NCBI GenBank assembly: GCA_021845905.1 | Contig: JAJZVA010000002.1 | Location: forward strand, 12,577-76,576 | DNA: 64,000 bases | Source of the DNA: Pseudomonadota bacterium | Lineage (GTDB): Bacteria > Pseudomonadota > Alphaproteobacteria > Micavibrionales > UBA2020 | Direction: 5' to 3' | Shown here: positions 19,350-32,451 of the stretch, piece by piece | Layout of the letters: each line of letters opens with the position of its first letter | Position numbering within the stretch: position 1 is the stretch's first letter | Translations under genes and position numbers: made by a program | Notes under the pieces: generated by a model | The model's input: the letters and a program-made list of their open reading frames with translations, nothing else | The model's database searches: none | Told to the model about the DNA's origin: nothing

Positions 19350-19784
19350 ATGAAAAACAAGAGATCTCCCCTTCTCCTTGCCGGCCTGTTCGGCTTTTTC
19401 GCCATAGGCTCCGCCGCGCCCGCCGCCCATGCGGCCTCGATCCTGTCGTCCTATTTCTCCGGCGACAAAACGGCGGCAGAGAAAACGGCATCCGCCGCGC
19501 CGCAAAAAGACGCGGCCGCGACCCGCGCCGAAATGAGCAAGAAAATGCAACAGCAGCAGGCCGTAATGGAAGAAAAACGCGCCGCCGAGGAAAAGCAGGT
19601 GCAGGCAGCGATGCAAAAACAAATGCAGCTGCGGCAGGAAGAGCAAAGCAACATGCAAAAGCGCCAGATGCAGCTGATGCAGGAAGTGCAGGCCAAAGCC
19701 GACGCCTACCGCCAAAAGCTGACGGAATGGGCGCAAAAAGAACTGCAAAAAGAGCAGGCCGAAGGCAAGTTCAAGGTCAAATAA
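19350..19784 (+). CDS. secreted Q/E/K-rich coiled-coil protein
   Basis: The internal ATG gives MKNKRSPLLLAGLFGFFAIGSAAPAAHA, a signal peptide, followed by a low-complexity MQQQQAVMEEKRAAEEKQ... region. The track ORF 19086-19784 is over-extended. Confidence 0.5.
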   Translation: MKNKRSPLLLAGLFGFFAIGSAAPAAHAASILSSYFSGDKTAAEKTASAAPQKDAAATRAEMSKKMQQQQAVMEEKRAAEEKQVQAAMQKQMQLRQEEQSNMQKRQMQLMQEVQAKADAYRQKLTEWAQKELQKEQAEGKFKVK

Positions 19785-19824
19785 ACCGTCCGGCTCAGCC
19801 CTCATGGACTAATGAGGCCTGACC

Positions 19825-20829
19825 CTAATTCTTGACGACAAACGTCGTGCGCTTGGAGAGCTGCTTCAAGGTCGGCGCGCCGACATAGGTGCAGGCCGAG
19901 CGGATGCCGCCGAGAATGTCCTGCACCGTGTGCGCGACGTCGCCGCGGTACGGCACGCGCACGACGCGGCCTTCCGCCGCGCGGTGCTTGGCGACGCCGC
20001 CGGAATATTTGTTCATCGCCACTTCCGACGACATGCCGTAGTACTCGATGATATTCTCTGTCTTGTCGAGGTTTTTCAGCTGTTCGTCGCTCAAACTTTC
20101 CGTGTGCCCCGCCAGCATGCCGCCGAGCATGACGAAATCGGCGCCCGCGCCGAAGGCCTTGGCGACGTCGCCCGGCATCTTGCAGCCGCCGTCGGCGCAG
20201 ATCATGCCGCTTAAACCATGCGCCGCGTCGGCGCACTCGATGATCGCCGAAAGCTGCGGAAAGCCGATGCCGGTCATCGCCCGCGTCATGCAGGCGGAGC
20301 CGGGGCCGATGCCGACTTTCACGATGTCGGCGCCCGCGAGGATCAGGGCTTCCGTCATGTCGGCGGTGGCGACGTTGCCCGCCATGATGATTTTGTCCGG
20401 ATGATGCGCGCGCACCTCCTCGATGAATTCGACGAAGGCCTCGGTATAGCCGTTGGCGACGTCAAGGCAGATCTTGTCGGCCTTGTTGGATTTCAGCGCC
20501 TCCATCAGCGCGTCGATTTTCTTCAGGTCCTCGATGCCGAAGGTGATGAAGGTGAAATCACCCTTGACGCCCGCCTGCAATTCTTCGGTCGTATAATGCT
20601 TGTCGAGCGCGGTGAACATGCGGTGTTCCGCTAGCGCCGCCGCCATTTTGAGCGTGCCGACGCTGTCCATGTTCGCGGCGATTACCGGCACGCCGGAAAT
20701 CTCGCGGCCCGCGTGCGGCGTCCTGAAGGTGCGGCTCAAATCCACCTCGGCGCGGGATTTCAGCCGCGAACGCTTGGGGCGGATCAGGACGTCGTCGAAA
20801 TCAAGCTTGCGGTCGGCTTCAATGCGCAT
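19825..20829 (-). CDS. guaC: GMP reductase
   Basis: The start [31 protein letters not shown] closely parallels the E. coli GuaC N-terminus. It is an IMPDH/GMPR barrel without a CBS insert. The track ORF has a 46-aa over-extension. Confidence 0.9.
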   Translation of the reverse strand: MRIEADRKLDFDDVLIRPKRSRLKSRAEVDLSRTFRTPHAGREISGVPVIAANMDSVGTLKMAAALAEHRMFTALDKHYTTEELQAGVKGDFTFITFGIEDLKKIDALMEALKSNKADKICLDVANGYTEAFVEFIEEVRAHHPDKIIMAGNVATADMTEALILAGADIVKVGIGPGSACMTRAMTGIGFPQLSAIIECADAAHGLSGMICADGGCKMPGDVAKAFGAGADFVMLGGMLAGHTESLSDEQLKNLDKTENIIEYYGMSSEVAMNKYSGGVAKHRAAEGRVVRVPYRGDVAHTVQDILGGIRSACTYVGAPTLKQLSKRTTFVVKN

Positions 20830-20963
20830 TTCATTCTCCACTATAGAACACACGACAAAACGCGCGAAGATTCGCTCCTCGCGCGGCGAAACCATGATTT
20901 TAGGGGGTTTCAGCCATGTATAGAGGGATTCTGGCGCGAATGCAAGCGTATCCCTCGGCGGCG

Positions 20964-22271
20964 TCATTTTCCGATGCAGAAGTCCTTGAAAATGCGGTCG
21001 AGCAGGTCTTCGACATGCACCCGCCCGGTGATGCCCCCGAGCGCGCGCAAGGCGAGACGCAAATCCTCGGCGGCCAGTTCCGGCAGGGTGGCTTGTCGCG
21101 CCCGCTCCAGCGCCGCGGCCGTTTCCGCAAGCGCCGCGCGGTGACGCTCTCTTGTCAGCGACGGCCCGGTTTTTTTGCCGAACAGGCCGGAGACTTTCTC
21201 CGTCAATGCTTTCAAGAGCGCGTCGAGCCCCTTGCCGCTGACGGACGAGAATTCCAGCGCGTTTTGCGGCGCGGAAAAATTCTTCAAATCCGCTTTCGTC
21301 GCCACGATGACGGCGGTGCCGTCGATCAGCTTTTGCGTTTCCGCGTCGGGCTCTTGCGTGCCGTCGAACAAAACGATTTTGATATCGGCCTCGCCCGCGA
21401 TCTTCTTCGCCCGCCGGATGCCTTCGGCCTCGACCTTGCCGGACGTGTCGCGCAATCCAGCCGTGTCGGCGAGGATGACGGGATAGCCGTTCAAGTCGAG
21501 ATGCGCCTCGACGATATCGCGGGTCGTGCCCGCTTCATCGGAGACGATCGCCGCGTCCCTCTGCACAAGCGCGTTGAGCAGGCTCGACTTGCCGGCGTTG
21601 GGCGCGCCGAGGATGGCGATCAGCACGCCGTTTCTCAATCTTTCGCCGCGCCGCCCGTCGTCAAGGTGGGCGCGGATTTCAGAGAGCAGTTTTTCGATCC
21701 GCGGCGTCAATCCCGCCGCAACGCCCGCGGGCATGTCCTCGTCGGGGAATTCGATTTCCGCCTCCTGATGGGCGAGGATTTTCTGCAAGTCCGCGGCCCA
21801 GCCCTCATAAAGCCTGGCGAGATGCCCGGCGAGCTGCTCCAGCGCCTGCGTTTTCTGTGCCTCGGTTTCGGCGGAGATCAAATCCGCCACGGCCTCGGCG
21901 GCGGTCAAATCCATTTTTCCGTTCTCGAACGCGCGGCGGGTGAACTCGCCCGGCTGCGCGAGACGGCAGTCCGCCTCGCGCGACAAAACCTCGAGAAAAC
22001 CTTTCACCGTCGCCGCGCCGCCGTGCAGATGATATTCGATCACGTCCTCGCCGGTGAAGCTCGCGGGCTTGGGAAAATAAAGCGCCATGCCCTTGTCGAG
22101 CAAGGCCCTTGTTTTCGGGTCGCGAAAGCTGCCGAAGGTCGCCATGCGCGCGTCCGGCACCGGGCGGCGCGTGAGATTCTTGTATGTCAGCAATGCGGCG
22201 GGGCCGGAGACGCGGATGATCGCCACGCCCGCAGGGCTCCTCCCCGAGGCGACGGCGAAGATCGTCTCCAT
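20964..22271 (-). CDS. mnmE: tRNA modification GTPase MnmE
   Basis: Start [11 protein letters not shown]1 motif [14 protein letters not shown], and C-terminal CIGK. The start overlaps the upstream ferredoxin stop by 1 nt. Confidence 0.95.
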   Translation of the reverse strand: METIFAVASGRSPAGVAIIRVSGPAALLTYKNLTRRPVPDARMATFGSFRDPKTRALLDKGMALYFPKPASFTGEDVIEYHLHGGAATVKGFLEVLSREADCRLAQPGEFTRRAFENGKMDLTAAEAVADLISAETEAQKTQALEQLAGHLARLYEGWAADLQKILAHQEAEIEFPDEDMPAGVAAGLTPRIEKLLSEIRAHLDDGRRGERLRNGVLIAILGAPNAGKSSLLNALVQRDAAIVSDEAGTTRDIVEAHLDLNGYPVILADTAGLRDTSGKVEAEGIRRAKKIAGEADIKIVLFDGTQEPDAETQKLIDGTAVIVATKADLKNFSAPQNALEFSSVSGKGLDALLKALTEKVSGLFGKKTGPSLTRERHRAALAETAAALERARQATLPELAAEDLRLALRALGGITGRVHVEDLLDRIFKDFCIGK

Positions 22272-22675
22272 CACGCGCCCCGCGCCTGTTTCTGTTCGGG
22301 ACGCAATTCCGTCTGGTCGTCGGAGAGCAGCAGGCGCGGAACCGGCTTGCCGTTCAGAAGGTGGCTCTGGATGATCTCTTCCACGTCCTCGACCGTAAAA
22401 GGCGAATACCACGCGCCTTCCGGATAGATGACCATCGTCGGCCCGAGTTCGCACCTGTGCAGGCAGCCGGAATTGTTGATGCGGATGTCGTCCTCCCGCC
22501 CCAGCTCCTTGATGCGCGCCTTCATGTAGTTGCGCAGCTTGTCGGCGTCCTTCTCCTTGCAGCATCCCCGCGCATGCCCCGGCGCGGTTCCCGCGCCTGA
22601 ATTTTTATCAGCGGCCAGGGGCCGCGGCGGGCGCTCGTTCGAGCAGCAAAAGACGTGCGCTTTGTAATAGGCCAT
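22271..22675 (-). CDS. thioredoxin-like [2Fe-2S] ferredoxin
   Basis: Start MAYYKAHVFCC. Four Cys in the pattern C..(n)..GCC...C..C with PTMVIYPEGAWY. Confidence 0.6.
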   Translation of the reverse strand: MAYYKAHVFCCSNERPPRPLAADKNSGAGTAPGHARGCCKEKDADKLRNYMKARIKELGREDDIRINNSGCLHRCELGPTMVIYPEGAWYSPFTVEDVEEIIQSHLLNGKPVPRLLLSDDQTELRPEQKQARGA

Positions 22676-22712
22676 GGCGTAGTTTCCCCGTTTCCTGTAA
22701 ACTATCCGCAAT

Positions 22713-24671
<1,959 letters not shown>

Positions 24672-24775
24672 CTTTTCCGTCCGGCGCGGCCGCGCCGTCA
24701 GGAAACGCCGGTTGATTTTTGGAGCCCTTACGTTCTATCGTGTGAAAAACCGCATCCACAACACCGGAGAAGATC

Positions 24776-25477
24776 ATGAACAAGAAAGTTTCCATTCCCG
24801 CCACGGACGGCAGCGGCTCCTTCGACGCCTATGTCGCCGTTCCCGAAATGGCGCCCGCGCCCGCGCTGGTGGTCATTCAGGAGATTTTCGGCGTCAACAA
24901 GGTCATGCGCGATTTTTGCGACTATCTCGCCGACGAGGGCTTTATCGCCATCTGCCCCGATCTTTTCTGGCGGCAAAAGCCGGGCGTCGACATCACCGAC
25001 CGGACGGACGAGGAATGGAAACAGGCGTTCGAGCTTTTCAACGGCTTCAATATCGACAAGGGCGTGGAAGACCTGAAAGCCACCCTCACCGCCATCCGCC
25101 AGCACCCCGAGGGCACAGGCAAGGCGGGCACCATCGGTTTTTGCCTCGGCGGCAAGCTCGCCTACCTGATGGCGACGCGCTCCGACGCGGACTGCAACGT
25201 CTCCTATTACGGCGTCGGCCTGCAGGACCTGCTCGGCGAGGCCAAAAACATCAAAAAACCGCTGATGCTGCATATCGCGGAGAAAGACGGTTTTTCCTCG
25301 CCCGAAGCGCAGGCGCAGATCAACGCCGGCCTCAAGGACAACGCGCTGGTGGAAATGCACACTTATCCGGGCGTCGACCACGCCTTCGCGCGCAAGGGCG
25401 GCAAAAACTACAACGCCGAAGCCGCCAACCTTGCCTTTGAAAGGACGGACGGGTTTCTGGAGAAGAACCTGGGCTGA
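24776..25477 (+). CDS. dienelactone hydrolase family protein
   Basis: 233 aa. Nucleophile motif GFCLGG and C-terminal VDHAF. Confidence 0.85.
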   Translation: MNKKVSIPATDGSGSFDAYVAVPEMAPAPALVVIQEIFGVNKVMRDFCDYLADEGFIAICPDLFWRQKPGVDITDRTDEEWKQAFELFNGFNIDKGVEDLKATLTAIRQHPEGTGKAGTIGFCLGGKLAYLMATRSDADCNVSYYGVGLQDLLGEAKNIKKPLMLHIAEKDGFSSPEAQAQINAGLKDNALVEMHTYPGVDHAFARKGGKNYNAEAANLAFERTDGFLEKNLG

Positions 25478-25592
25478 CGCCCGCTTCCGACGCTTGCTTT
25501 CGCATCAGCGGCGGGCTGGGCCAGACGCAGCCCGCCATGGCGGCGCCTTGTCCGGTCAGGACAGGTGCAGGGCGCGCGCGGTTCGCCGCCCT

Positions 25593-26954
<1,362 letters not shown>

Positions 26955-27318
26955 GTCGGATATCTTTCATTGGGTTGGGATCGTCGTTGGGTTGGTTGGG
27001 GGCGCTGCCGTGAACGGTGTTCAGGAACGTCGGGAGGCGGGAGATAATGATAAAATTTTCAAGCGGGTCGGTTGGCCTGTTTTAAAAACTGAATTCAAAG
27101 GAGCGGCATTGCATGATGCAATGGCGGCGGGCGCGTCCCTGGGGTCGGACTGGTTTTCTTCCCGCATGCTGTGGACAGAGCCGAATATAAACAGCTCCGG
27201 CAGGCCTGTCAACCGCCCTTGCGGCAGAAATTCACGGCAAAAAGACCTGAAAATCCGGACGAAGGCGTACCCGCATTACGAGCGGAAACCTGAAAGGCGT
27301 TGCGGTAGCCGGCGAATT

Positions 27319-27726
27319 TTAAAGACCTTGCACGGGTTTTCTTCTTGCCGCCGCCGCACCGGACGCGGACGGTTTTTGCGCCGCATTTTCCTGCTTTTTC
27401 TGCGCCGCTTCGGCGAAGGCGGCCATCGTGCCGGTCAGAAGATCAACGCGGGCTTTCATTTCCGTCAGCATTTCCTGCTGCGCGGCGAAGACGGTTTTGA
27501 GCTCCTGCAATTCCCGCAGGGGCGCGGCCGGAAGACCCATGAAAACATCGAGCAGTTGCAGCTTTTTTTCTTTATCGACGGTGGATTCTCTAATGCCTTC
27601 CTCAATGAACTTGATGCCAAAGGCATTGGTGCCTTGAATTCCCCTTTTGCCGTGATATTCAATTAAAATAGAAACCTCCGTTGCCGAATCTTCTCTGGCA
27701 GATCTTCTCAAAATATCAGCATTCAT
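27319..27726 (-). CDS. hypothetical protein (orphan, coiled-coil C-terminal half)
   Basis: 135-aa ORF. No family recognised. Confidence 0.4.
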   Translation of the reverse strand: MNADILRRSAREDSATEVSILIEYHGKRGIQGTNAFGIKFIEEGIRESTVDKEKKLQLLDVFMGLPAAPLRELQELKTVFAAQQEMLTEMKARVDLLTGTMAAFAEAAQKKQENAAQKPSASGAAAARRKPVQGL

Positions 27727-27804
27727 AACTTTCTCCCTTATTTATTTTCTATAAACGCAGAAATAGTCGATTCCATTTATTACGTCAATAATAACTTTAC
27801 AAAA

Positions 27805-28251
27805 TCAGAAAGGTTTTACTATAACCATGATCACAATAATGACCATCAGGGCGCTGGGCACTTCGTTGATAATACGGAAGAATTTGGCCGAATGGGGCAC
27901 GTCGTCGCGCAGAAAGGCCTTGCGCCAGCGCGAGAGAAACGCGTGGAAGATCTGCAGGCCGATGACCATGGCGAGCTTGACATGGAGCCAGCCGTCCTGC
28001 AACAGGGCGCGGTGCCCGTCGATCATCATCAGGCCGAAAATCCACGAACAGATCATCGCGGGGTTGATGATGATGCGGAGCAATTTGCGCTCCATGATCT
28101 TGAGCGTCTCGGAAAGCTCCGACCCCTTGTCCGCCGTCGCATGATAAACATAGAGCCGCGGCAGATAGAGCATGCCCGCCATCCACGAGATGACGGAGAT
28201 CACGTGCAGCGCCTTGATCCAGAGATAATGGGTGATGATGAAAGCGGTCAT
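27805..28251 (-). CDS. hemJ: protoporphyrinogen oxidase HemJ
   Basis: 148 aa from MTAFIITHYLWIKALHVISVISWMAGMLYLPRLYVYH, a four-TM UPF0093/HemJ signature. It overlaps the hemH stop by 4 nt. Confidence 0.85.
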   Translation of the reverse strand: MTAFIITHYLWIKALHVISVISWMAGMLYLPRLYVYHATADKGSELSETLKIMERKLLRIIINPAMICSWIFGLMMIDGHRALLQDGWLHVKLAMVIGLQIFHAFLSRWRKAFLRDDVPHSAKFFRIINEVPSALMVIIVIMVIVKPF

Positions 28252-29303
28252 TTCTTTTTCTCCTTGCAGTAGCATCTCGCGCCGCAGGCTTGCGGCGCCC
28301 CGTCCGGAAGGACATCCTCTTTTACGTCCGAAAGGACGAGGTTCTTGAGCCCGGCGATGAAGCGCGGATGGTCGCCGACGGCGGGAACCCGCAAGTACGC
28401 GCCGATGCCGAGCGCCGCGGCGCGGTGCAGATATTCGATGTCGAGCTCCACCAGAGTCTCGACATGTTCCGAGACGAATGCAAGCGGATAAACGGCCACG
28501 CCGGTTTTGTCGTCCGCCGCCTTCCGCAGGGCCTCGTCGATCGGGGGGCCGATCCATTTGAGCCGCCCGACGCGGCTCTGGTAGCACACCTGCCAGTCGA
28601 GGCCGGGGATGTCGATCTTGCGGACGATCGCCGCGACGGTGCGCTCGATCTGCTTTTGGTAAGGGTCGCCGCTTTGGATGATCTTTTCCGGCAGGCCGTG
28701 GGCGGAAAACAGCAGGCGGATCTTTTGCCCTTTGGCGCGGGTCAGGGTTTCGAGGATTTTCTCCGCCGACGCGGCGACGAACCCTTCGTTTTCGGGATAG
28801 CAGCAAACCCGTTGCGACGGCACGCAGGCAAGTCCGGCTTTTTCCGCCGCGCGGTCCCAGTCCTGAAAGGCGGAGAGCGTTGTGGTGGTGGAATATTGCG
28901 GATAAAGCGGCAGAAGGACGATTTTGTCCGGCTGAAAGGCCGCGACCGCCGCCGCCGTTTCGAAGCTCCGCGGATGCCAGTGGCGCATGGCGATGAAAAC
29001 TTTCGCCGCGGGATTGGTCTTTTGCAGCTCCGCTTCGAGCGCGCGCGCCTGCGCTTCGGTGTTTTCAAGCAGCGGCGACTTGCCGCCGAGGTGCGCGTAT
29101 GAATCCTTCGCCGCGCCTTTCGACCGGGTGACGGCGATCCACAGCGCGATCAGGAAGCGCAGGGGGTTGGGCGCGGTGATGACGTTCTCGTCGCGAAAGA
29201 AACTGAACAGAAACGGGCGGATGTCGCTTTCCTTCAGCGGCCCGCCGAGATTGAGCAGGACGACGGCGGTTTTTTCGACGGTCGTTTTTCTGGCGACGAT
29301 CAT
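28248..29303 (-). CDS. hemH: ferrochelatase
   Basis: Start MIVARKTTVEKTAVVLLNLGGP, length 351 aa. It overlaps the hemE stop (ATGA). Confidence 0.9.
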   Translation of the reverse strand: MIVARKTTVEKTAVVLLNLGGPLKESDIRPFLFSFFRDENVITAPNPLRFLIALWIAVTRSKGAAKDSYAHLGGKSPLLENTEAQARALEAELQKTNPAAKVFIAMRHWHPRSFETAAAVAAFQPDKIVLLPLYPQYSTTTTLSAFQDWDRAAEKAGLACVPSQRVCCYPENEGFVAASAEKILETLTRAKGQKIRLLFSAHGLPEKIIQSGDPYQKQIERTVAAIVRKIDIPGLDWQVCYQSRVGRLKWIGPPIDEALRKAADDKTGVAVYPLAFVSEHVETLVELDIEYLHRAAALGIGAYLRVPAVGDHPRFIAGLKNLVLSDVKEDVLPDGAPQACGARCYCKEKKK

Positions 29304-30379
29304 GCGTTTGCCCCGCGGCGGCGGTGGTCTTTCAATATCCGCGCCAGCTGTTCGACGTGCGCGGGCGGCGTCTCCTTGATCACCCCGTGGCCGAGATTGA
29401 AAACGAACGGCGCGTCGCCCGCGGCGGCGAGGATGCGTTTCGTCTGCGCGGCGAGAACGTCTCCGCCAGCCAAAAGCGCGAGCGGGTCGAGATTGCCCTG
29501 CACGCAGGTTTTTCCCTCCGCCAGCGCAAGGACCTTTTCCAGCGGCGCGTGCTGGTCGGCGCCGACGCAGGAAACGCCCGCCTCCCTGATGTAATCTTCG
29601 TAAAACAGACCCGCGCCGCGCGGAAAGCCGATCAGCGGAAAAGCGGGATGAGCGCCGCGGATTTTTTCGGCGATGGCGCGAACCGGCGCGATGCAATAAC
29701 GCGCGAAGTCCGCCGCGGGCGCAAGCCCCGCCCAGCTGTCGAAGAGTTGCACGGCGTTCGCCCCCGCCGCGATCTGCCCGAGGAGGTAATGCGCCGTCGC
29801 CTGCGTGATTTTTTCGATCAGCGCAGCGAAGCCTTGCGGGTTCTCCGTCGCATGGCGCCGCGCGGTTTCGAAGTTTCCGCCCCGGCCCTCGATCATGTAG
29901 CAGGCGATCGTCCACGGCGCGCCGGCAAAGCCGATCAGCGCCTTGTCGGGCGAGAGCGCCGCGCGGACGCGCGTCACCGTTTCTAAAACCGGCGAGAGTT
30001 TCTCATCGAAAGCGTCAAAATCGATTTCACCCGTCTGCAACGTCTGGGCGATGAAATCCTCATCGAGCCGCGGCCCCTCGCCTTCGGCGAACGTCAGACC
30101 CTGCCCCAGCGCATAAGGCACGACGAGGATGTCCGAAAACAAAATCGCCGCATCCATGCCGAAGCGCCTGACCGGCTGCAGCGTCACCTCCGCCGCCAGC
30201 TCCGGCGTGAAACAGAGATCAAGGAACGATCCCGCCTTTTCGCGCACGGCGCGGTATTCGGGCAGATAGCGCCCGGCCTGCCGCATCAGCCAGAAAGGAA
30301 TTTCCGCCGTCGCCGCGCCGTGCAGGGCGCGCGTGAAGAGCGTTTGCGTTTCCGCTCGAATCAAAACCTTCTTTTGCAT
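29300..30379 (-). CDS. hemE: uroporphyrinogen decarboxylase
   Basis: Contains PFWLMRQAGRYLPEY. The start is taken at MQKKVLIRA. An alternative upstream ATG lies at 30412. Confidence 0.95.
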   Translation of the reverse strand: MQKKVLIRAETQTLFTRALHGAATAEIPFWLMRQAGRYLPEYRAVREKAGSFLDLCFTPELAAEVTLQPVRRFGMDAAILFSDILVVPYALGQGLTFAEGEGPRLDEDFIAQTLQTGEIDFDAFDEKLSPVLETVTRVRAALSPDKALIGFAGAPWTIACYMIEGRGGNFETARRHATENPQGFAALIEKITQATAHYLLGQIAAGANAVQLFDSWAGLAPAADFARYCIAPVRAIAEKIRGAHPAFPLIGFPRGAGLFYEDYIREAGVSCVGADQHAPLEKVLALAEGKTCVQGNLDPLALLAGGDVLAAQTKRILAAAGDAPFVFNLGHGVIKETPPAHVEQLARILKDHRRRGANA

Positions 30380-30412
30380 GGATGGAGGATGCCAGTTTTC
30401 GACGGTGCGCAC

Positions 30413-30830
30413 AAACGCGATCCCTCTTAAAATATAATATATTTATATAAGGGTTTTTGAGGTTGTTGGGCTTGTGCAAAGGCGGGATGAAAAATAGCCC
30501 ACCGTTTTGCCCACAAGCGTATCCCGCTTTGCCGCCCGCCCGTTTGTTGATGGTTTTTGTATAAAGCCCGTTTTGTCGCGGGAAAGCGGTTTTTACGACG
30601 GTCTGTGGATAACGGTGGCGAATCGATGTTTTCTGTCAAATAAAGTTATCCCCGCTTTTCTTCTCCGGAATCCGCCCCTGCATATTTTTTGTATGCGGGT
30701 TTCAGGATCTGTTGATGCGCGGCCTCATCTATCCGGTCACAGGGTTGTTAGGCGGTTTATCCGCAAGGTTGTCCACAAGGGGGAAAGGCGATAGGATGAT
30801 TTCCGGCAGACAAGAGGGGATAAAAGCGAC
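30413..30830. other. candidate chromosomal replication origin (oriC)
   Basis: AT-rich tract at 30427-30451. DnaA-box 9-mers: perfect TTATCCACA (reverse, 30604-30612), TTATCCCCG (30646-30654), TTATCCGCA (30757-30765), TTGTCCACA (30769-30777), TTGCCCACA (30507-30515) and TTATCCCCT (reverse, 30815-30823). It lies adjacent to hemE, the usual origin neighbour in Alphaproteobacteria. Confidence 0.55.
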
Positions 30831-31436
30831 ATGGAAGACTGGCAAAAACTCGGCGATGAAAAGGCGGCGCGCCTGCTTGATGAAATCAACCCGCTCCTCG
30901 CGCCGGTGCCGTTCATGCAGGGCAGCACCACGGTGCGCACCCAAAAACTGCCGTTTTACGGCGATTACCTGCTGGTCGAGCTGACCGACCTTTCGACCGT
31001 GCCGGGCGCGCGCAAATACGCGCTTTACAAGCCGGGCGCGATCAGCGTGCTCGACTGGACGAACCGCGCCATCTACGAGATGAACGAAAAGGCGCCCATC
31101 CGCCTCGACGAGCAGACCGTTATTCCGTATGTGAAGTTCTTCTTCTCCTACGTGCGCGGGCGGCACGGGCGCTTTTTGATCATCGAGACGATCGATGACG
31201 TGCGCTGGCAGGTCGAGCCGCCGGCGCAAGGCCGCAAGGTGATGCAGGAGATGCTCTCGCCCGTGACGCTGGAAAGCCGCGATGCCGACGGCACCTTCAA
31301 TCTTTCCGCTTTCATGGTCTTCAAGGACTCGCTGTTCAGGACGCGCATCCATGTGCAGGCGGACGGGCTTGTCAGCATGTCGGAGGAAGACCTGAAAATC
31401 GAGGGCATGCCGGTGTTGCAGGACAGCGCGGCTTAA
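30831..31436 (+). CDS. hypothetical protein
   Basis: 201-aa ORF with normal globular composition. No family recognised. Confidence 0.5.
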   Translation: MEDWQKLGDEKAARLLDEINPLLAPVPFMQGSTTVRTQKLPFYGDYLLVELTDLSTVPGARKYALYKPGAISVLDWTNRAIYEMNEKAPIRLDEQTVIPYVKFFFSYVRGRHGRFLIIETIDDVRWQVEPPAQGRKVMQEMLSPVTLESRDADGTFNLSAFMVFKDSLFRTRIHVQADGLVSMSEEDLKIEGMPVLQDSAA

Positions 31437-31455
31437 GAACGCGCCGGGCGCTTGT

Positions 31456-32148
31456 TTATTTTCCCGTGAAATCGTTGAGGTGCGCGTATTTCTCCGGCGA
31501 TATCGGCGCGCGCGGCGAAGCTTGCTGCGCCGTCTGCGGCGGCTTTTGCTCCGGCGCGGCGTCATCGCCGAATACCGCGCGTTTCGCGGCCGCGGCGGCG
31601 AAACGTTTGCGCAGGACTTCGGACTCTCCATGGAACTTCTCGAAGTGCGGCGATTGGGCGATGGCGCGCAGGTCGCCATGTTCGATGATCTCGTTTATCT
31701 GAGCGTCAGCGGCGTCACACCGGTCATTTATAGTCTGATAAAAGGCGTCCATTATCACCATCGCCCTGAGCTTTGCGGTCTCCTTGCTTTTGGCTTTTTG
31801 AGTGCTGAATTCCGAATTGTCCCATTCTCTAATAAACCTGCGGGGACTGCTTATAAGAGCCATCGCGCCGACGATGGCGATGACGGGGGAAAGCGCCGCA
31901 ATGCCGGCATAGGTGCTGGGCTTATGGGCGCAACGTTTACGCGCCAGGGTCTCCATAAGGTCAGTGACATCTTTTTTTGCTTTACCCGCGCTGTTCTTGA
32001 ATGCCCGCAAGGCGATGATTTTTTCGTATGGGTCGGAGATATTCCCGGTGGCGTTGAATTCTTCGTCCAGCGCTGTCATGTATGCGGCGACCTTTGCCGC
32101 AAACGCCGCGTTTTCAGCGGCCAGTTTTTCCGCTTTGTTTTTCCGCAT
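31456..32148 (-). CDS. single-pass coiled-coil membrane protein, paralog family P (copy 1)
   Basis: The start MRKNKAEKL is preceded by AAGGAGA. It shares NIxDPxEKIxAL, a basic block plus TM segment (TLARKRCAHKPSTYAGIAALSPVIAIVGAMALI), DLRxIxxSPHF, RFAAAAA and a terminal Y-x-H-L with ORFs at 37689-39742. Confidence 0.6.
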   Translation of the reverse strand: MRKNKAEKLAAENAAFAAKVAAYMTALDEEFNATGNISDPYEKIIALRAFKNSAGKAKKDVTDLMETLARKRCAHKPSTYAGIAALSPVIAIVGAMALISSPRRFIREWDNSEFSTQKAKSKETAKLRAMVIMDAFYQTINDRCDAADAQINEIIEHGDLRAIAQSPHFEKFHGESEVLRKRFAAAAAKRAVFGDDAAPEQKPPQTAQQASPRAPISPEKYAHLNDFTGK

Positions 32149-32177
32149 ATCGATTCTCCTTATTGAAATACCCATGT

Positions 32178-32219
32178 ACTATATCGCTTTTATTGTATTA
32201 TGCAATATATTTCTGAAAA
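32178..32219 (-). promoter_or_regulatory. promoter (TTGCAT-N16-TATAGT) with a conserved 22-nt motif shared with 39804-39825
   Basis: The plus-strand TTATGCAATATATTTCTGAAAA (32198-32219) is 20/22 identical to 39804-39825. The -35 and -10 elements were read on the minus strand. Confidence 0.5.
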
Positions 32220-32451
32220 AAATACAGGTGCGGGTATTTTGCGGTTTACTTGAATAAAACCGCCATAAAACAGGCATAACTATAAATTTTATTTACATAA
32301 AAATATTGTTTTTTCGTCTTTTTTTTCGCGGAAAAGGGTTCATTAACCATCTTCATGCATGATGAAGGTGTAGGGACGTCGCAATAAAAAAAACAGGCAA
32401 GCCGGTGGCATCGGCGATAAGCCGGGCGACACAAAGGGTTGATAGGGTGAC

